A DNA stretch of 64,000 nt from Eledone cirrhosa (GCA_964016885.1 OZ024740.1:410378001-410442000), one strand, 5' to 3'. Numbered from the stretch's first letter, positions 24,238-38,302 are shown. Numbers and translations are program-made. Notes: a model not told the origin generated them from the sequence alone.

Positions 24238-26300
24238 GCATACATACATACATATACATATATATATATAAAAATAAAAATAAAGATAATAATGACAAAA
24301 ATAAAAGCAAAGAAGGGGGTGAGAAAGAAGAAAAGAAAAGATAGCCAAGAAGGGGGAAGGAAGGAAGAAAACAAAGAAATAGAAGAGGAATGAGGGAGAA
24401 GAGGGGGATATATGTATTGGTTTTGTGGGTAATTAAAGGGTTTAGATATAAGAGGGTATAAAGTCTAAGTATATGCAGTTTGTCAGTTGGTAGTAAGAGG
24501 TTAAGGGTTCGATTTGTAGTGCGAAAATTTCTCTTTGAGTCTATGGTTACAATAAATTGATCTCTCAATTTTATTGTTGAGTAACCTATTCTTCGAACTT
24601 AAGATGTGGAACAGCTCAAGGTCGCATAATCGACAGCTTCTCATACCACTCCGATATGGGGGCGCGTTCGATAATTTTTTCCACTTCAGGGTGTATTGAT
24701 GGTTACTTTCCCTCAATGCCAGGTCTTGTTTGCAAGGGTAGTTACATAACGGTGCTGGAAATGTTTCATTGCGTAACGGTGTGTATACCAACGAGCTTTA
24801 AAAGTATTCCCAGTCGCTCCGATGTAATACCATTTCTGGTTGTCTGATTCTACTGTGCATTGGTAAACCAGGTTAGACTGCATACATTCATTTTGTAATG
24901 GACAGGTTTAATGAAGATTAATGAAAACTTAGCATACATCAACTGTAACTCAAACCACCCACTATCAATAATTAAATCCATTCCACGCAACATATCCCTT
25001 AGGATCTCCCGCCTCTCATCTAACCGGCTAATCTTCGAAGAACATGCAGAATACTACAATACCGCATTAGATAAGGCAGGCCACTTAGATAGAGTAGAAT
25101 ATATAGATGAAAGCATCTGTGAAGCGCACACGAACACGCATAACATAAACTCCAGAAACACACGCATACACACATTTACGCATAGAACTGCAAAGTATAC
25201 GGCAAATAGAAATACAACATCGAAATCAAACAAGTCACGCAGTAGAAAATATATTTGGTATAACCCCATATTTAACACCTCTATTAGTACTAACCTACCC
25301 TCTACTTTCTTTAGAATAATAAATAGGCACTTTCCAGATTCACATAGATACAGCAAAATCCTTAACACTAAATCTATTAGACTATCCTACTCCACGGCAC
25401 CAAATATAGAGGCACACATTAAGATGCTTAACGCTAAAAAGATACATAACAAAACCAAAACACAAATTTACAACAATAACAATACAATTACCACCGAACA
25501 CAACGGAATATCTAATACACAACCACCCGCTAATAGGCAAACAAAACGTAACACACTTCTTCAGGCATCGCAGCCCACAAATAATACCAAAGTTGCCCAT
25601 AACAAGAAATGTAACTGCCACCTACCTGAAACCTGTCCATTACAAAATGAATGTATGCAGTCTAACCTGGTTTACCAATGCACAGTAGAATCAGACAACC
25701 AGAAATGGTATTACATCGGAGCGACTGGGAATACTTTTAAAGCTCGTTGGTATACACACCGTTACGCAATGAAACATTTCCAGCACCGTTATGTAACTAC
25801 CCTTGCAAACAAGACCTGGCATTGAGGGAAAGTAACCATCAATACACCCTGAAGTGGAAAAAATTATCGAACGCGCCCCCATATCGGAGTGGTATGAGAA
25901 GCTGTCGATTATGCGACCTTGAGCTGTTCCACATCTTAAGTTCGAAGAATAGGTTACTCAACAATAAAATTGAGAGATCAATTTATTGTAACCATAGACT
26001 CAAAGAGAAATTTTCGCACTACAAATCGAACCCTTAACCTCTTACTACCAACTGACAAACTGCATATACTTAGACTTTATACCCTCTTATATCTAAACCC
26101 TTTAATTACCCACAAAACCAATACATATATCCCCCTCTTCTCCCTCATTCCTCTTCTATTTCTTTGTTTTCTTCCTTCCTTCCCCCTTCTTGGCTATCTT
26201 TTCTTTTCTTCTTTCTCACCCCCTTCTTTGCTTTTATTTTTGTCATTATTATCTTTATTTTTATTTTTATATATATATATGTATATGTATGTATGTATGC

Positions 26301-26392
<92 letters not shown>

Positions 26393-26989
26393 CACTTAAT
26401 ATCTCCCCCCCCCCCTCTCTCTCCCCCTCTCTATCCATCCCTCCCACTATTATCTATTTAATTCTCTTTAACTCACTACACTCCACGACATGATGTCTGC
26501 TATCAAAACTGACCAAAGAATCCTTCCACCTCTACCCCTCCCTCCATCTCAGTTTGTCATTCTACTTCCTACCTCTTCCCCCTTGCTCTCTCTCTATACT
26601 ATGCCGTCTGTCCCCTCACCTCCTGATTCCTCTCTCTATATACTAGTAAATACAATTCCAAATAAATGTTTTTCTCTATATATTAAGAATTATTTCAAGA
26701 GTAACTCACTATTTTGAAAATTTGGACTGTGAACAACAATTATAATTAGGTGGCTGCTATTTCCAGTATAGCAATATAAGGTTGCACTTACCAATGAAAT
26801 GGTCGTAAATACCTGGATAAAATCCTTCTCTTAATGCTTACCTGTGTTTTCTCTTTTATACTTTATACTCCAAGATTGAACGGAATTCTTACAAACTTGT
26901 GGAGTTACCCCTAACCGTACGTTGAAACCATCCATGAAACTGGCTTTCTTAACCAAAAACTGGATCACAATAAGCAATTTTTTGCTTCT

Positions 26990-26995
<6 letters not shown>
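23717..26995 (+). mobile_element. Penelope-like element, 5'-truncated, with a 1.2-kb inverted copy of its 3' end
   Basis: 23717-24909 is the reverse complement of 25629-26862. The unique core is 24910-25628. Both ends lie in (TA)n. Confidence 0.95.
24911..26037 (+). pseudogene. PLE RT-thumb, linker and GIY-YIG endonuclease (one frameshift near 25810)
   Basis: YINCNSNHPLSIIKSIP, IWYNPIF, CNCHLPETCPL and LVYQCTV...YYIGATGNTFKARWYTH, then in a shifted frame LRESNHQYTLKW...CRLCDLE. Confidence 0.9.
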
Positions 26996-27032
<37 letters not shown>

Positions 27033-27205
27033 AGAATATTTATGAAACAGCGAGTTGGTTTGAAATTATTAGAAATGTAAGCTATCGCCGTATTTTGACT
27101 AAAGAAATTATTTAGCCTGATAGTGGGGTTAAGAACCCTCGGAGAAATGGAAACAGATGAGTATTGACGTACATGGGAGACGAACCCACATTTTTGGTTA
27201 TCCGG

Positions 27206-27245
<40 letters not shown>

Positions 27246-27282
27246 CGGAATGGAGGCGGTAAAAACCAGTTAGACCATTACT

Positions 27283-27515
27283 TACCAGAGTACTCGATAC
27301 TTGAGGTAGTAGAGTGAGTAATATGAAAATTTCTTGACCCCGACGGCTGAGCTCCGGCCTATTCAACAGCTAGATCCAAACGGTTTGGAATTAGCTGTCA
27401 AAACAGCCGGTGTTCAGCCGTCGGGGTCCTGATCTTTTCATATTACCCATTCTACTACCTCAAGTATTGAGTACTCTGGTGGGTTATGGTCTAACTGGTA
27501 TTTTACCACACCGTA
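27283..27515. repeat. Family B fold-back copy (centre about 27381)
   Basis: accagagtactcgatacttgaggtagtagagtgagtaatatgaaaa pairs with ttttcatattacccattctactacctcaagtattgagtactctggt. Confidence 0.85.
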
Positions 27516-27520
27516 TCTGA

Positions 27521-27613
<93 letters not shown>

Positions 27614-27616
<3 letters not shown>

Positions 27617-27746
27617 CAAAGGAATTGTGGTAACGAACCAGATGGACCATAACGCACCAGAGTACTTAGGGTAGTAGAGTGGGAAATAGGAAAAGGTATG
27701 ACCCCAACGGCAGAGCTCAAGCCGTTGGGGTCATACTTTTTCCTAT
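27614..27746 (+). repeat. Family B copy with short terminal fold-back
   Basis: ataggaaaaggtatgaccccaacggc agagctcaa gccgttggggtcatactttttcctat. Confidence 0.85.
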
Positions 27747-28314
27747 ATATATGTATATATATATATATATATAAACACATACAACACATACTCATGCATA
27801 TATACTCACGTACTACCTTTGCACATGCCCACAAAACGCTCTTCCAAATTAATTTAATGTGTGTACAAGAATACATATATGTATTGTCGTACATATGTCC
27901 ATATATGCACACGATAATATAAACAAATATATGCAAATATATACATTCACGTGAGGACACATGCAAGTGTGCGTAAGCGTGCAACAGTTGAAGAAAGAAT
28001 GAATATACAAAATACAGTAATGCAGCATAAATAAAAATAAGTAAATACAAAATTGTTGAAATGCTGAATACAAAAATCTAAATATATGGATGCTAACAAA
28101 TAGATGCAAGTACTTTTTAAGTAACAAATACGTTCATATATTTATACATATGCACTTAATATATATAATATATATATTTATATATATATAAAGTGCCAGA
28201 TCCCGGACGGTTGAGCTTCGGCCCGTTTCGACAGCTATATTATTTATATACATACATATATATATATATATAACAGAGTAACAAACTTATCACTTAGCCA
28301 TAATATAGAATATT

Positions 28315-28472
28315 GACGCCATGCTTTCTAGCATAGATACGTCTCTTTACGGTCTGAGTTCAAATCCCGCCGAGGTTAACTTTGCCTTTCATCCTTTCGG
28401 GATCGATAAAATAAAGTAGCAGTAATGTACTGGGTAATTGCTGGCCTTGTGCCAATAGTAGAAACAATTATT
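28315..28472 (+). mobile_element. S1 SINE, 5'-truncated
   Basis: Matches S1 from gacgccatgc to the tail. Confidence 0.85.
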
Positions 28473-29907
28473 AAACGCTATTTCGATAATAAATACTCAT
28501 TTTCGTGTCTGTTAACATATCACAGATATATAAATGATATACAGATATTACTCACCAAATAACTAAATAATATAGAAAATATTTATTTAGCAATTATTTA
28601 ACGATTGGTTAATAATCATTTAAAATGTTACATAATTGTTATATTTCAATGTGTATCATTGTAGATATTGGGAAAAAAAAATTATATAGTTTAAAATATA
28701 ATTAAACATATGTGGCCTACATGTATAAATATTATTTGTGATAACTATTACACGAAATTTATGCACATAATATGAATTATTTATTTATGTAGATGTATAA
28801 ATATATATCTACACAAATAAATAATTTATATTACATGTATAAATTGCGTGTAATAGTTATCACAAATAATAGAGGAATTTGAAAATAAATTTGCAGTAAA
28901 ATGGAGAGCTGTAAGTAATAGTTGATACCTACATATAATATATGAGAAGTTGGATAAATTACCCCCTGGAGACGGTAAAAACTGGACAGAGACGCCTGCA
29001 GGAATCGAACTTTGCATTTTTCGTATGCCGGACGAGTGTATTCCACCCATATACGAAAACGATTCTGGTGGCCTATTACCGTCTCTTTGGATATTTTAAG
29101 TGTGAAGCTAGAAGTGTAAACATTTGGTGAATTTACGTGAGATGTGTTGTTTGATTCCCATACGTATCTCTATTCACTTGTTTTCGTCTTGAGTGCGTTT
29201 TCCGTCTCAATGGGTATTTTATCCGACTTATTCAACTATTATTTATAGCTGTCAACTATTACTTGCAGTTGACTTCATTGTGGCTAATATATGTCTAAAT
29301 ACGTATTAATAAAATATAATTGTTAGAAGAAGTAGTAATAAAATACTATTTATCTCTTGTTGCAGGACCACAATTTCCAACACATTACCTGAGTAACTTT
29401 ATAGATTTTCTTATTATCCAAGGTCTCGAGTCACCTACGAGATGATATGAATGTCCTTAATTATATTCTATCGACTGTTACAGTGGGCATTATTTTAATA
29501 AACCTCAACGCAACAAGTTCTTACACAAACATGCTACATCCATTAGACATGGAAGCAACTAGATACTAGGTAGCAAAACATATAAAGACAGTAAATAATC
29601 GTTTCAAAAAATATTTCATCATCAATGCCATTCACCTTGTATGAGAAGAAAATCAATTAACTTTGCTAGAAATACGTACAGACAGATACTAGAAGAAGCT
29701 AAGGACTCAAAGGTGACACACCCTCATATGCTAACCTTGTGATAGTATTCCTAGAAGTAAAGATATCAATAGATAGGATAAGAATGAAGATCCCATAACT
29801 CCTTGTAGAATCGTTGAGGCACCGTCATATGACATGTCTAGGGCCGTTTTAAACCTGGAGTACAACCATTTCCAGGTCTGAACACAGTCGATTTTTTCTA
29901 TAGAGGA

Positions 29908-30066
29908 AGAATCAACCCAGTACTGGACTGGTACTTTTTTATCGACATCGAAAGGATGAAAGGCAAATTTGGCATCGGTGGGATTGAACTCAGATGTGCA
30001 ATGAGGTGAGACGAATACCGTAAAGCATTCTTTCCCACGTCTTAACGACTCTGCCAATTCGCCGCT
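29908..30066 (-). mobile_element. Older S1-related SINE (similar copies at 32445-32606, 50290-50410, 51500-51730)
   Basis: Reverse complement of the central domain gcctttcatcctttcga.gtcgataaaaaagtaccag, with a tRNA-like head. Confidence 0.7.
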
Positions 30067-31058
30067 TAGATAGAACAGGGAAACAAAGATGAAATAGAAA
30101 GATAGAGAGGGAACAAAGGGAATGGAAACATTTTATGGGGGAGAAAAACACGTCTTTATTCAGTCAGTACCACCTATGACTGAATGTGACGGCCAGACAG
30201 TAAAACATTAGCAACTAAAATCCTTACGCGTCATCCCAATGCCGACAGTCGATTGGCCATTAGTTCAGAAATTTAAGTGATGGCAGGAGACGAAATTCAA
30301 ATAGTTCCGCTCCTGTCATAAGCTCTCAGCCAACGTGTCTCAAACACAAATTAACAAGCGAGTGAAAAACGGTTATTAAAAAAAATCAATCTCCTATCGC
30401 TGTACAATATAATGGTAGCATTCGGCTCTAGTCTCCAAGTTCCATGGCGAGAAATAGTGCGACAGTGACAATGGTAGTGCCTAAAACCTTTCCGGACATT
30501 AAATGTCAACAGGCGAATAGGTAGCGATATGGAATTAGAGCGCTGGTTAGAATTCTGATTAATTGGTGAAATATATTTCTTTAATGGGATATATACAAGG
30601 AAGGTTAATCACACATAAAGGTAAATATTACCTAAACTAGCTATGCGCGGTTACACGCAAGCAAAAATGATCTCCTGTGATTATTCATGTATATTGATAT
30701 GTTAATCAATCTCTAGTTATTATAATATGCTCAGATTTATTTATCTTTGAGCTTAAATTCCCAGGATATATGGCGCATGCATTGTGTCATGACACCCGTG
30801 ATTTCGATTTAGATTAAATTCATTTAATTCATTTATCTTAATTTTGGACTGAGATATATATATATATATATATACAATATATTAATAAATGGAAACTATA
30901 TTTATAAAACCATAATTATTTTATTATATATATTTCAAGGGCAACCAAGGCAAATTATGGTACGCTTTCATCAGATAAAATACAGATTTGTTTTATAAAT
31001 AAATATTGACATAAAAATGTTTAAGCTTGTTGAATCCCAACAAATTAAATATAACCTC

Positions 31059-31100
<42 letters not shown>

Positions 31101-31157
31101 GAACCGAATATATATATATATACATATATATATTCGGTTATATATATATATATATTC

Positions 31158-31380
31158 GGTTCATAATTGTGGGGTCATGAGTTAAATTTCTGGCGGCGTG
31201 TTTTAGAGCCTGCCTTGTCACATTCTGCGCAACGCTGAATTTCTCCGAGAACTATGTTAAGAATACGAGTTTATGTGGACTTCTCAGCCACTTGCATGTT
31301 AATTTCATGACCAGGGTGTTCCTTGATCGTCTCAACTGGGGCGTTCATCGTCATAACCGACGGAGTGCCAGTTTAGTTTA
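31158..31380 (+). mobile_element. Degenerate SINE of a second family
   Basis: B-box-like gagttaaatttc and tail tcatcgtcataaccgacggagtgccag. Confidence 0.45.
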
Positions 31381-31472
31381 TATATCTATATATATATGTA
31401 GAAAACGGCTGAGAGAAAAAGGGTACTCAATACTGAAGTAGAGTTTGAATATTTATTTTATTAAGGTTAAAT

Positions 31473-31530
<58 letters not shown>

Positions 31531-31802
31531 ACTCACTATATATAGATAATCGATTATATAATCAACTGAGAAAGTATAGGGATCAATGCACTCGACAAAA
31601 ACCCTTGAATGCAGTGTACTACAAATATACTTCATCTATTAAAAAACAACAGGATCAAAGATAATGAGAACGATGAAATGAATTAATCATGCTTTGAGCA
31701 ATCATTGATAGTGTCCCGAGAGGTAATTAACTGCAACTAGAAATTCATCGTAGAATAAGTTAAATATGAAAATTATAGTTTGGATAAAAATGTTTACAAC
31801 TA

Positions 31803-32233
31803 CAGACCTGCCAACCTCTAAAAAACCCAGATGGGGAGTACCAGTAAAAAAGGGCCCCAAAACTGAGAGAAATGAGGCAAATGGGGAGATTTTACATAAT
31901 GATTTCTAGTATAGGCACAAGGCCAGTAATTTGGGGAAGGGGAAAGTAGATTAAATCGACCCCAGTATGTTACTGGTGCTTTATTTTATCGAACTCGTAA
32001 GGATGAAAGGCAAAGTTAACCTCCGTGGGATTCGAACTCAGATCATAAAGGGCCGTAACTCTATGCTCCAAAGCATGGCGACCGACCCTCTACCGATACT
32101 GCCAATCCATCGCCCTAAGGGGGAGATTTTACATAATGAAAGTAATACTCATTTTCATAAGAGAAGACATTTCTCACCCACACCAAAGTGGGTGGGAGAA
32201 CTCCACGTCGGACGGGGAGAGTTTACAGGTCTG
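31803..32233. mobile_element. CAG-TIR MITE (6-bp TSD caacta) with a nested S1-type SINE
   Basis: TIRs cagacctgccaac and gtttacaggtctg. The SINE at about 31903-32115 (minus strand) is flanked by duplicated ggggagattttacataatga. Confidence 0.8.
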
Positions 32234-33271
32234 CAACTATGTTATTCAAATAATTTGAATTGTATGGTCCCGTAACTCCTGATAGAGTCGTGGGAGCACC
32301 ATATTGACCTACGGCGTTTCTATGGCATTTTAAACTCTGGCGGAGCCCATCCCTCTCCAGGCCTGAGTACTGTAGATTTCTTCCAGGAAAGATAGAAAGT
32401 GAGAGAGAGAGAGAGAGGAAATGAGAAAGAGATATAGAGGAAGAATCAACCCCAGTACTAGACTGGTACTTTTTTTTTATCGACCTCGAAAGGATGAAAG
32501 GCTAATTTGACCTCAGCGGGATTTTCACTCAGAGAGCAGAGAGCCGGACCGAACGCCATAAAGCATTCTATCCAACGTTCTAATAACTTTGCCAATTGGC
32601 CGCCTTCAATAATTTAGAAGAGATAAAGATATTCGATCATATCTGAAATGTATCCTATATTCTTGACATAGCTGCCTGTTGCTATGAATCATCAATCCGC
32701 TTATCGACTCACGTGAAAAAACTTTCTAGTTACCTGGCTTGGTGGTTATTGGACTTGGGGAAGTAGGTTTAAACAAAGGAATAGAGTAGAACATCACAGT
32801 AACAGGATGTATACAAACACACACAGATACACACACAGATACAGACACCGACACAGACACACATACACACACAGACACACACAGACACACATACACACAC
32901 AGACACACAGACACACACACATATACACACATACACACACACACATACACAGACACACACACACAGACACACAGACACACAGACACACACACAGACACAC
33001 ACCCACAGACACAGACACACACACACAGACACACATACACAGGCACACACTCACACACAGACACAGACACATGCACACACACACACACACACACTCACAC
33101 ACACACTGTCTCTCATATAGATACATACATATTGATATTAGTCATTAGCACACATTTGAGAGAGGAAAGAGAAAAACATACATACATGTATTTGTGTGTA
33201 TGTGTGTGTGTGCGCGCACACACACATATATATCAAACACACACATATATTTTTGTGAATGTACATGTCTA

Positions 33272-33327
<56 letters not shown>

Positions 33328-33391
33328 CCCCCACCACATATATATATGTATATATAAATACATTATATATATATATGTATATGTATATATA

Positions 33392-33427
<36 letters not shown>

Positions 33428-33489
33428 GTATATATATATATATATATGTATATATAAATATTATATATATATATATATATACATATGTA

Positions 33490-33555
<66 letters not shown>

Positions 33556-33561
<6 letters not shown>

Positions 33562-33999
33562 GAAATGACAGGAGGCTGGATTTGTGTAAATCCTTGAAAG
33601 GTTTATTATACTATGATCATTTCAATGACCGGGTTCCGTATGAATCCGGTGATATCATCAAGTATTCGAAATATAATATGTGAATGTAATAGATAAAATC
33701 CATGGGGCTGAAAATCGAGGACTCGAGGGCGACCGCTATTCTGTTCCTTCAACCTCAGCCGGTCGCCCTGGAGTGACGTCCCTCCAGGGCGACCGGCTGA
33801 GGTTGAAGGAACAGAATAGCGGTCGCCCTCGAGTCCTCGATTTTCAGCCCCATGGATTTTATCTATTACATTCACATATTATATTTCGAATACTTGATGA
33901 TATCACCGGATTCATACGGAACCCGGTCATTGAAATGATCATAGTATAATAAACCTTTCAAGGATTTACACAAATCCAGCCTCCTGTCATTTCATTATA
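33556..33999. repeat. 444-bp essentially perfect palindrome with a unique 3' tail to about 34140
   Basis: The centre is gac|gtc at 33777/33778, with one mismatch next to the apex. Embedded in (TA)n. Confidence 0.95.
33890..33947 (+). ncRNA. Hammerhead-like motif (mirror copy at 33608-33665 on the minus strand)
   Basis: atac-TTGATGA-tatcACCGG...CCGGTcatt-GAAAT gatc ATA-gtat. Stem III is the palindrome ATGATCAT, and the first core base is U rather than C. Confidence 0.6.
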
Positions 34000-34138
34000 A
34001 TATTTAACTCCGTAATAGCACCACCAACTACAAAAACAAAGACGGTTGAACTGCCTTACGTTGAGTACTCTCTATATTATTGCATTACGATTGACCATAC
34101 GGAATAGACCAGCTCTATACAGTGGTGAACCTCAAACC

Positions 34139-34175
<37 letters not shown>

Positions 34176-34539
34176 GCATGTATGTGTGTGTGTGCATGCA
34201 TGTGAACATATTTACATTCACGCACATACCCAAATATATAAAGCCACTGTAAGAATAACATGTACAAATATATTTTCCTATTAACGTCATGCAAACTAAA
34301 ACATCTTCCTAGACCCTCATCAAGCCTGTTTGACCCTCATATCCTTACCGCCCTGTTGTACTACAGGATATCATGATAACCACTGCAATATGTCACTACA
34401 TTTCAGTGCCGATCCAAATGACAAGAGTATTCTACTTTGAATTGCAAATCTCGCATTTATATAGAAAGTTCATGACATGTAAAGTCAGGGCTCATGACAT
34501 GCCCGTACGTACACACATATAAACACGCGCACGCACGCG

Positions 34540-34644
<105 letters not shown>

Positions 34645-34656
34645 GCACGCACGCGC

Positions 34657-34758
<102 letters not shown>

Positions 34759-34994
34759 GCGCGCACACGCATATATATATAATCATATGTATGTCTGTTA
34801 GAATTAGCATGGCAGTGCCAATGAGCACGTATATTGAATGCATTTAGCTATTGTTTATTTAATACTTGTTTGTGTGCGAACATCAACCCTGCTGCTTAAC
34901 TTTATACTATTTGTAGTTATGTCTGAAAATATGCTACCTCACAAACTTCAACTATTCCTATATATTATATACATATATATCATGGCTCTGAACA

Positions 34995-35320
34995 TTAATC
35001 AGTATACACTGAGGATGAATAACTCAGAGCTGTACGGGAGCCTCCCAAAAGTAAGCTCGAAAGTGACACAAAGAAGACTGAGGTTAGCTGGACATGCTCA
35101 TCGACATCCAGAGTTGACACTGCACTCAGTGCTCCCGTGGGAGCCCCTGCATGGACACACTGGAAGAGGGAAACCGAGGTTGTCATATGTTGATGCCCTA
35201 AGGACAGACACTGGTCTCTTGGAGACGCAGGACATGGCAGCCATAATGAGGGACAGAGACCGCTGGAGAGAACTCGTCCATGGATCTCGGTAATTTTAGC
35301 CGTCCTAGATAGATAGATAT
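34995..35320 (+). mobile_element. 3' fragment of an RTE-clade LINE
   Basis: NSELYGSLPKVSSKVTQRRLRLAGHAHRH...WEP.HG...RGKPRLSYVD...DRDRWR, followed by a (taga)n tail. Confidence 0.8.
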
Positions 35321-35948
35321 TATGAGGATGATTTTGTATAATATTACAGATAAGTTGTTTACAAATTATTGTTTTTTAGCAGACAAATATCTCTCCCTAT
35401 CTTACATTGACCAACAGTTCATCCTTTCTTTTTCGTTTGATTTTTCTCTTCAATTCCAATCTTACTCTATTAAATTCTCCACCATTATCGCCTCAGCAAT
35501 TTACCTGACGTGTATGTGCTGTAACAAATCACTTACTATTTCCAAGCTACTTACATTTTTGTATATTTCTAAGGATACTTATTGCAAACATTATGTGTCT
35601 TAAAACCGAAACTACATAAAGTAACATGAGCCCCCCCCCCCCCCCCCTACCAAATTAAAAAACCCAACAAAAACAGAACAAAAAAATGAACAAACAAAAC
35701 TGTTGTAACAGTTTGTCGCCACCCCCAAACTAATATATACTCTGAAACTCCTATAATACCCAAATTGCTAACTAGAACTAAAGTAACCATTTCCGTTAAT
35801 CGTGCGGAAGTCAGCAGTCAAACATTTATGCTGTGGTAGCAAGAAGTCAGAAGTAGATTTAACTAAAGTTATTGAAAGCCATCGATCTTATTACGTGATC
35901 TGAACCTGATCAAATGAATATAACTACAATCGATCACTATTAATAATT

Positions 35949-36282
35949 GTTGAGAAAATTGGTAAAGTACTCTTGGAGACGAAAAACGTGGAGAGAGGCA
36001 CATTCGAGGACTCGAAACGTGCATCTCTTGATAGTAGTCGACTATTTATGATCATTTACATTGGGATGTACCCATTTCAAACTTTAAAACTTCCCAGTAG
36101 TTTTTATGTCAACCATTTTATTTATACTCCTAGATACTTGCTTAACATCTGATAGCCAGCAAATCTTTAGCGTAGTGGTTTAAATAATCGCTCGACTTCC
36201 GAGAGATGTGGGCTTCGATTCCACGGAAGTGCATCTGACCACTTTTTCTGTCTCCTGGTGTACAAACCTGATTTTCTCAACT
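35949..36282. repeat. Diverged inverted pair of tRNA-like heads
   Basis: 36163-36282 (TAGCGTAGTGG...CTTCGATTCC) aligns by eye to the reverse complement of 35949-36067. Confidence 0.6.
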
Positions 36283-36435
36283 AATATTCATAGTAGTCGA
36301 ATATAATTATGGTAATTTACATTTTGACGCATACATCTGATATCTATAAATCTATCTATACATATATACCCTCACACACACACGTGGCACACATATACAC
36401 ATATGAAAACAGAGTCGCCCTCAATGCATATTACT

Positions 36436-36630
36436 ATAATAATTGTTTCTATTTTTGGCACAAGGCCAGCAATTATTCCAGTGTATTACTGGTACTTTAT
36501 TTTATCGACCCCGTAAGGATGAAAGGTAAAGTTAACCTCGGCGGGATTTGAACTCAGATCATAAAGGGCCGTAACTCTTTGCTGCAAAGCATGGCGTCCG
36601 ACCCTCTACCGCTACTGCCAATCCACCGCC
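36436..36630 (-). mobile_element. S1 SINE with an 18-bp TSD
   Basis: gcatattactataataat occurs at 36426-36443 and at 36631-36648. Confidence 0.92.
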
Positions 36631-36960
36631 GCATATTACTATAATAATGGTAGAACAAATCGGCTAAAGTGCACCTGGATACGGAAGAAAGTGGACAGAG
36701 ATATCTTCAGGTGTAGTTTACTTAATTTGTTTACCTGTAGAGATAGATAGAAAGATTTCCTTTCAATCTATTTTCAAACAACATTTCAATGGAAAATTAA
36801 GTTTTATATCAGAAAATGTTGGCAACTCCTTCCAAAATGGTGCATATAACATCTGCTCTATCTGCACCACATTTGTTACTCCAATATCTCTCATGAAAAG
36901 CGTTCTAACCACCATTATTCGATTCTTTTTTACCCGGTATACTACATACCAAGATTTTTC

Positions 36961-37182
36961 AAATACTGGTCGCTCTCCGACAGGTTTGCGGTTATACCCT
37001 TGGCAGTGGAGACATCTGGTGTCCTCGGCCCTAGGGCTACCTCGCTACCCACCACCATAGGCGCTGAGCTGGCCAGACACAGGTGTGAGCCTCGCGAGCT
37101 GGAATAGCTTTTCCAGCGCATCTCCCTTGCCGTCCTCCGGAGAAACGCCTTCTCCATTCTGTCCGCCGGAGTACCAATATGA
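36961..37182 (+). pseudogene. C-terminus of a restriction-like-endonuclease non-LTR retrotransposon (CRE-like)
   Basis: KY..LSDRFAVIPLAVETSGVLGP...*LFQRISLAVLRRNA, with one internal stop. Not shown in the ORF track. Confidence 0.7.
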
Positions 37183-37745
37183 TTGACTGACTTGTCATTT
37201 CATCAGTCAGATGTTGTTAGACATCACCCAATTAGGCTGACTTTGACCTTTTATTAAGGTAGGAGAAGTGCTGTGTGAGGACTATATGGTGATGTGTCCA
37301 TTTATTTATTCATTTATTATTTTTTTAAAGATTGTAAGATGTGGTTTCTCTCTCACCTTCACTGGAAGCTATCCGATTAGTTCTCCTACTTCTTAAAAAT
37401 TGCCGGGTGCAAATTATAGAAGAATCTGCTGCTATTTTAAGCCGGTTGAACAGCTACATAGAGGCTGACACATTGGGTTGAAAACGTTAAGCAGCCATAT
37501 ATCCTGTTGGAGTTCTAGTTATGACTCATTTAGGATAATATGACGAATTACTCGTTCAGTTGCAAAAGCAATTCCGAATAACACGTAAATAATTCACTAT
37601 TATCGTAACAATCAAAGATAATCAGTTAATCTTACAGTATATAATTCTAACAACTTAATCAATAAAATGATGAGAGTTCCATTCATTAAAAAATTGAAGA
37701 CTTGAAACTTTGTCATTCTGTTAGAGAAACATTTTTCTCTCTCAC

Positions 37746-37793
<48 letters not shown>

Positions 37794-37883
37794 CCAAAGA
37801 TTAATATGGTTCATTGACTGCCAATACTGGAATTGAACTATCAAGACCGTTGAGGTATGTCATGTCATACATCAATTCATGTA

Positions 37884-37945
37884 TTTTATCTGACGAGGAC
37901 GTACTGAAAAAACAGCACAGTACTTTCGAAATATATTTGGATTAT
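37884..37945 (+). ncRNA. Hammerhead-like motif
   Basis: CTGACGA-ggac-GTACTG...CAGTAC-tttc-GAAAT at ATT. Stem I is weak. It lies within a TA-flanked insert at about 37790-37980. Confidence 0.5.
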
Positions 37946-37999
37946 GTGAATGTCTTCATTTATTAATATTCTGAATAATATATATATATATGTATATGA

Positions 38000-38039
<40 letters not shown>

Positions 38040-38142
38040 AGTAATAATAATAAAATTGAAGACTAAAATCCAAAGAGTTTCAGAAGATCCCGCTAAGGGT
38101 GAAAGCAGCGATTCTTTGCTTAAACTTTAATCTGTTATTTTA

Positions 38143-38207
<65 letters not shown>

Positions 38208-38221
38208 CATATATACATATT

Positions 38222-38298
<77 letters not shown>

Positions 38299-38302
<4 letters not shown>

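Noticed and set aside
29340-29395. Possible splice acceptor and micro-exon (ttgttgcag|GACCAC...)
   Set aside because: It is an isolated signal with no supporting exons or recognisable peptide.
33606-33949. Near-identical 89-aa ORFs on both strands
   Set aside because: They result from the palindrome and have no recognisable domain.
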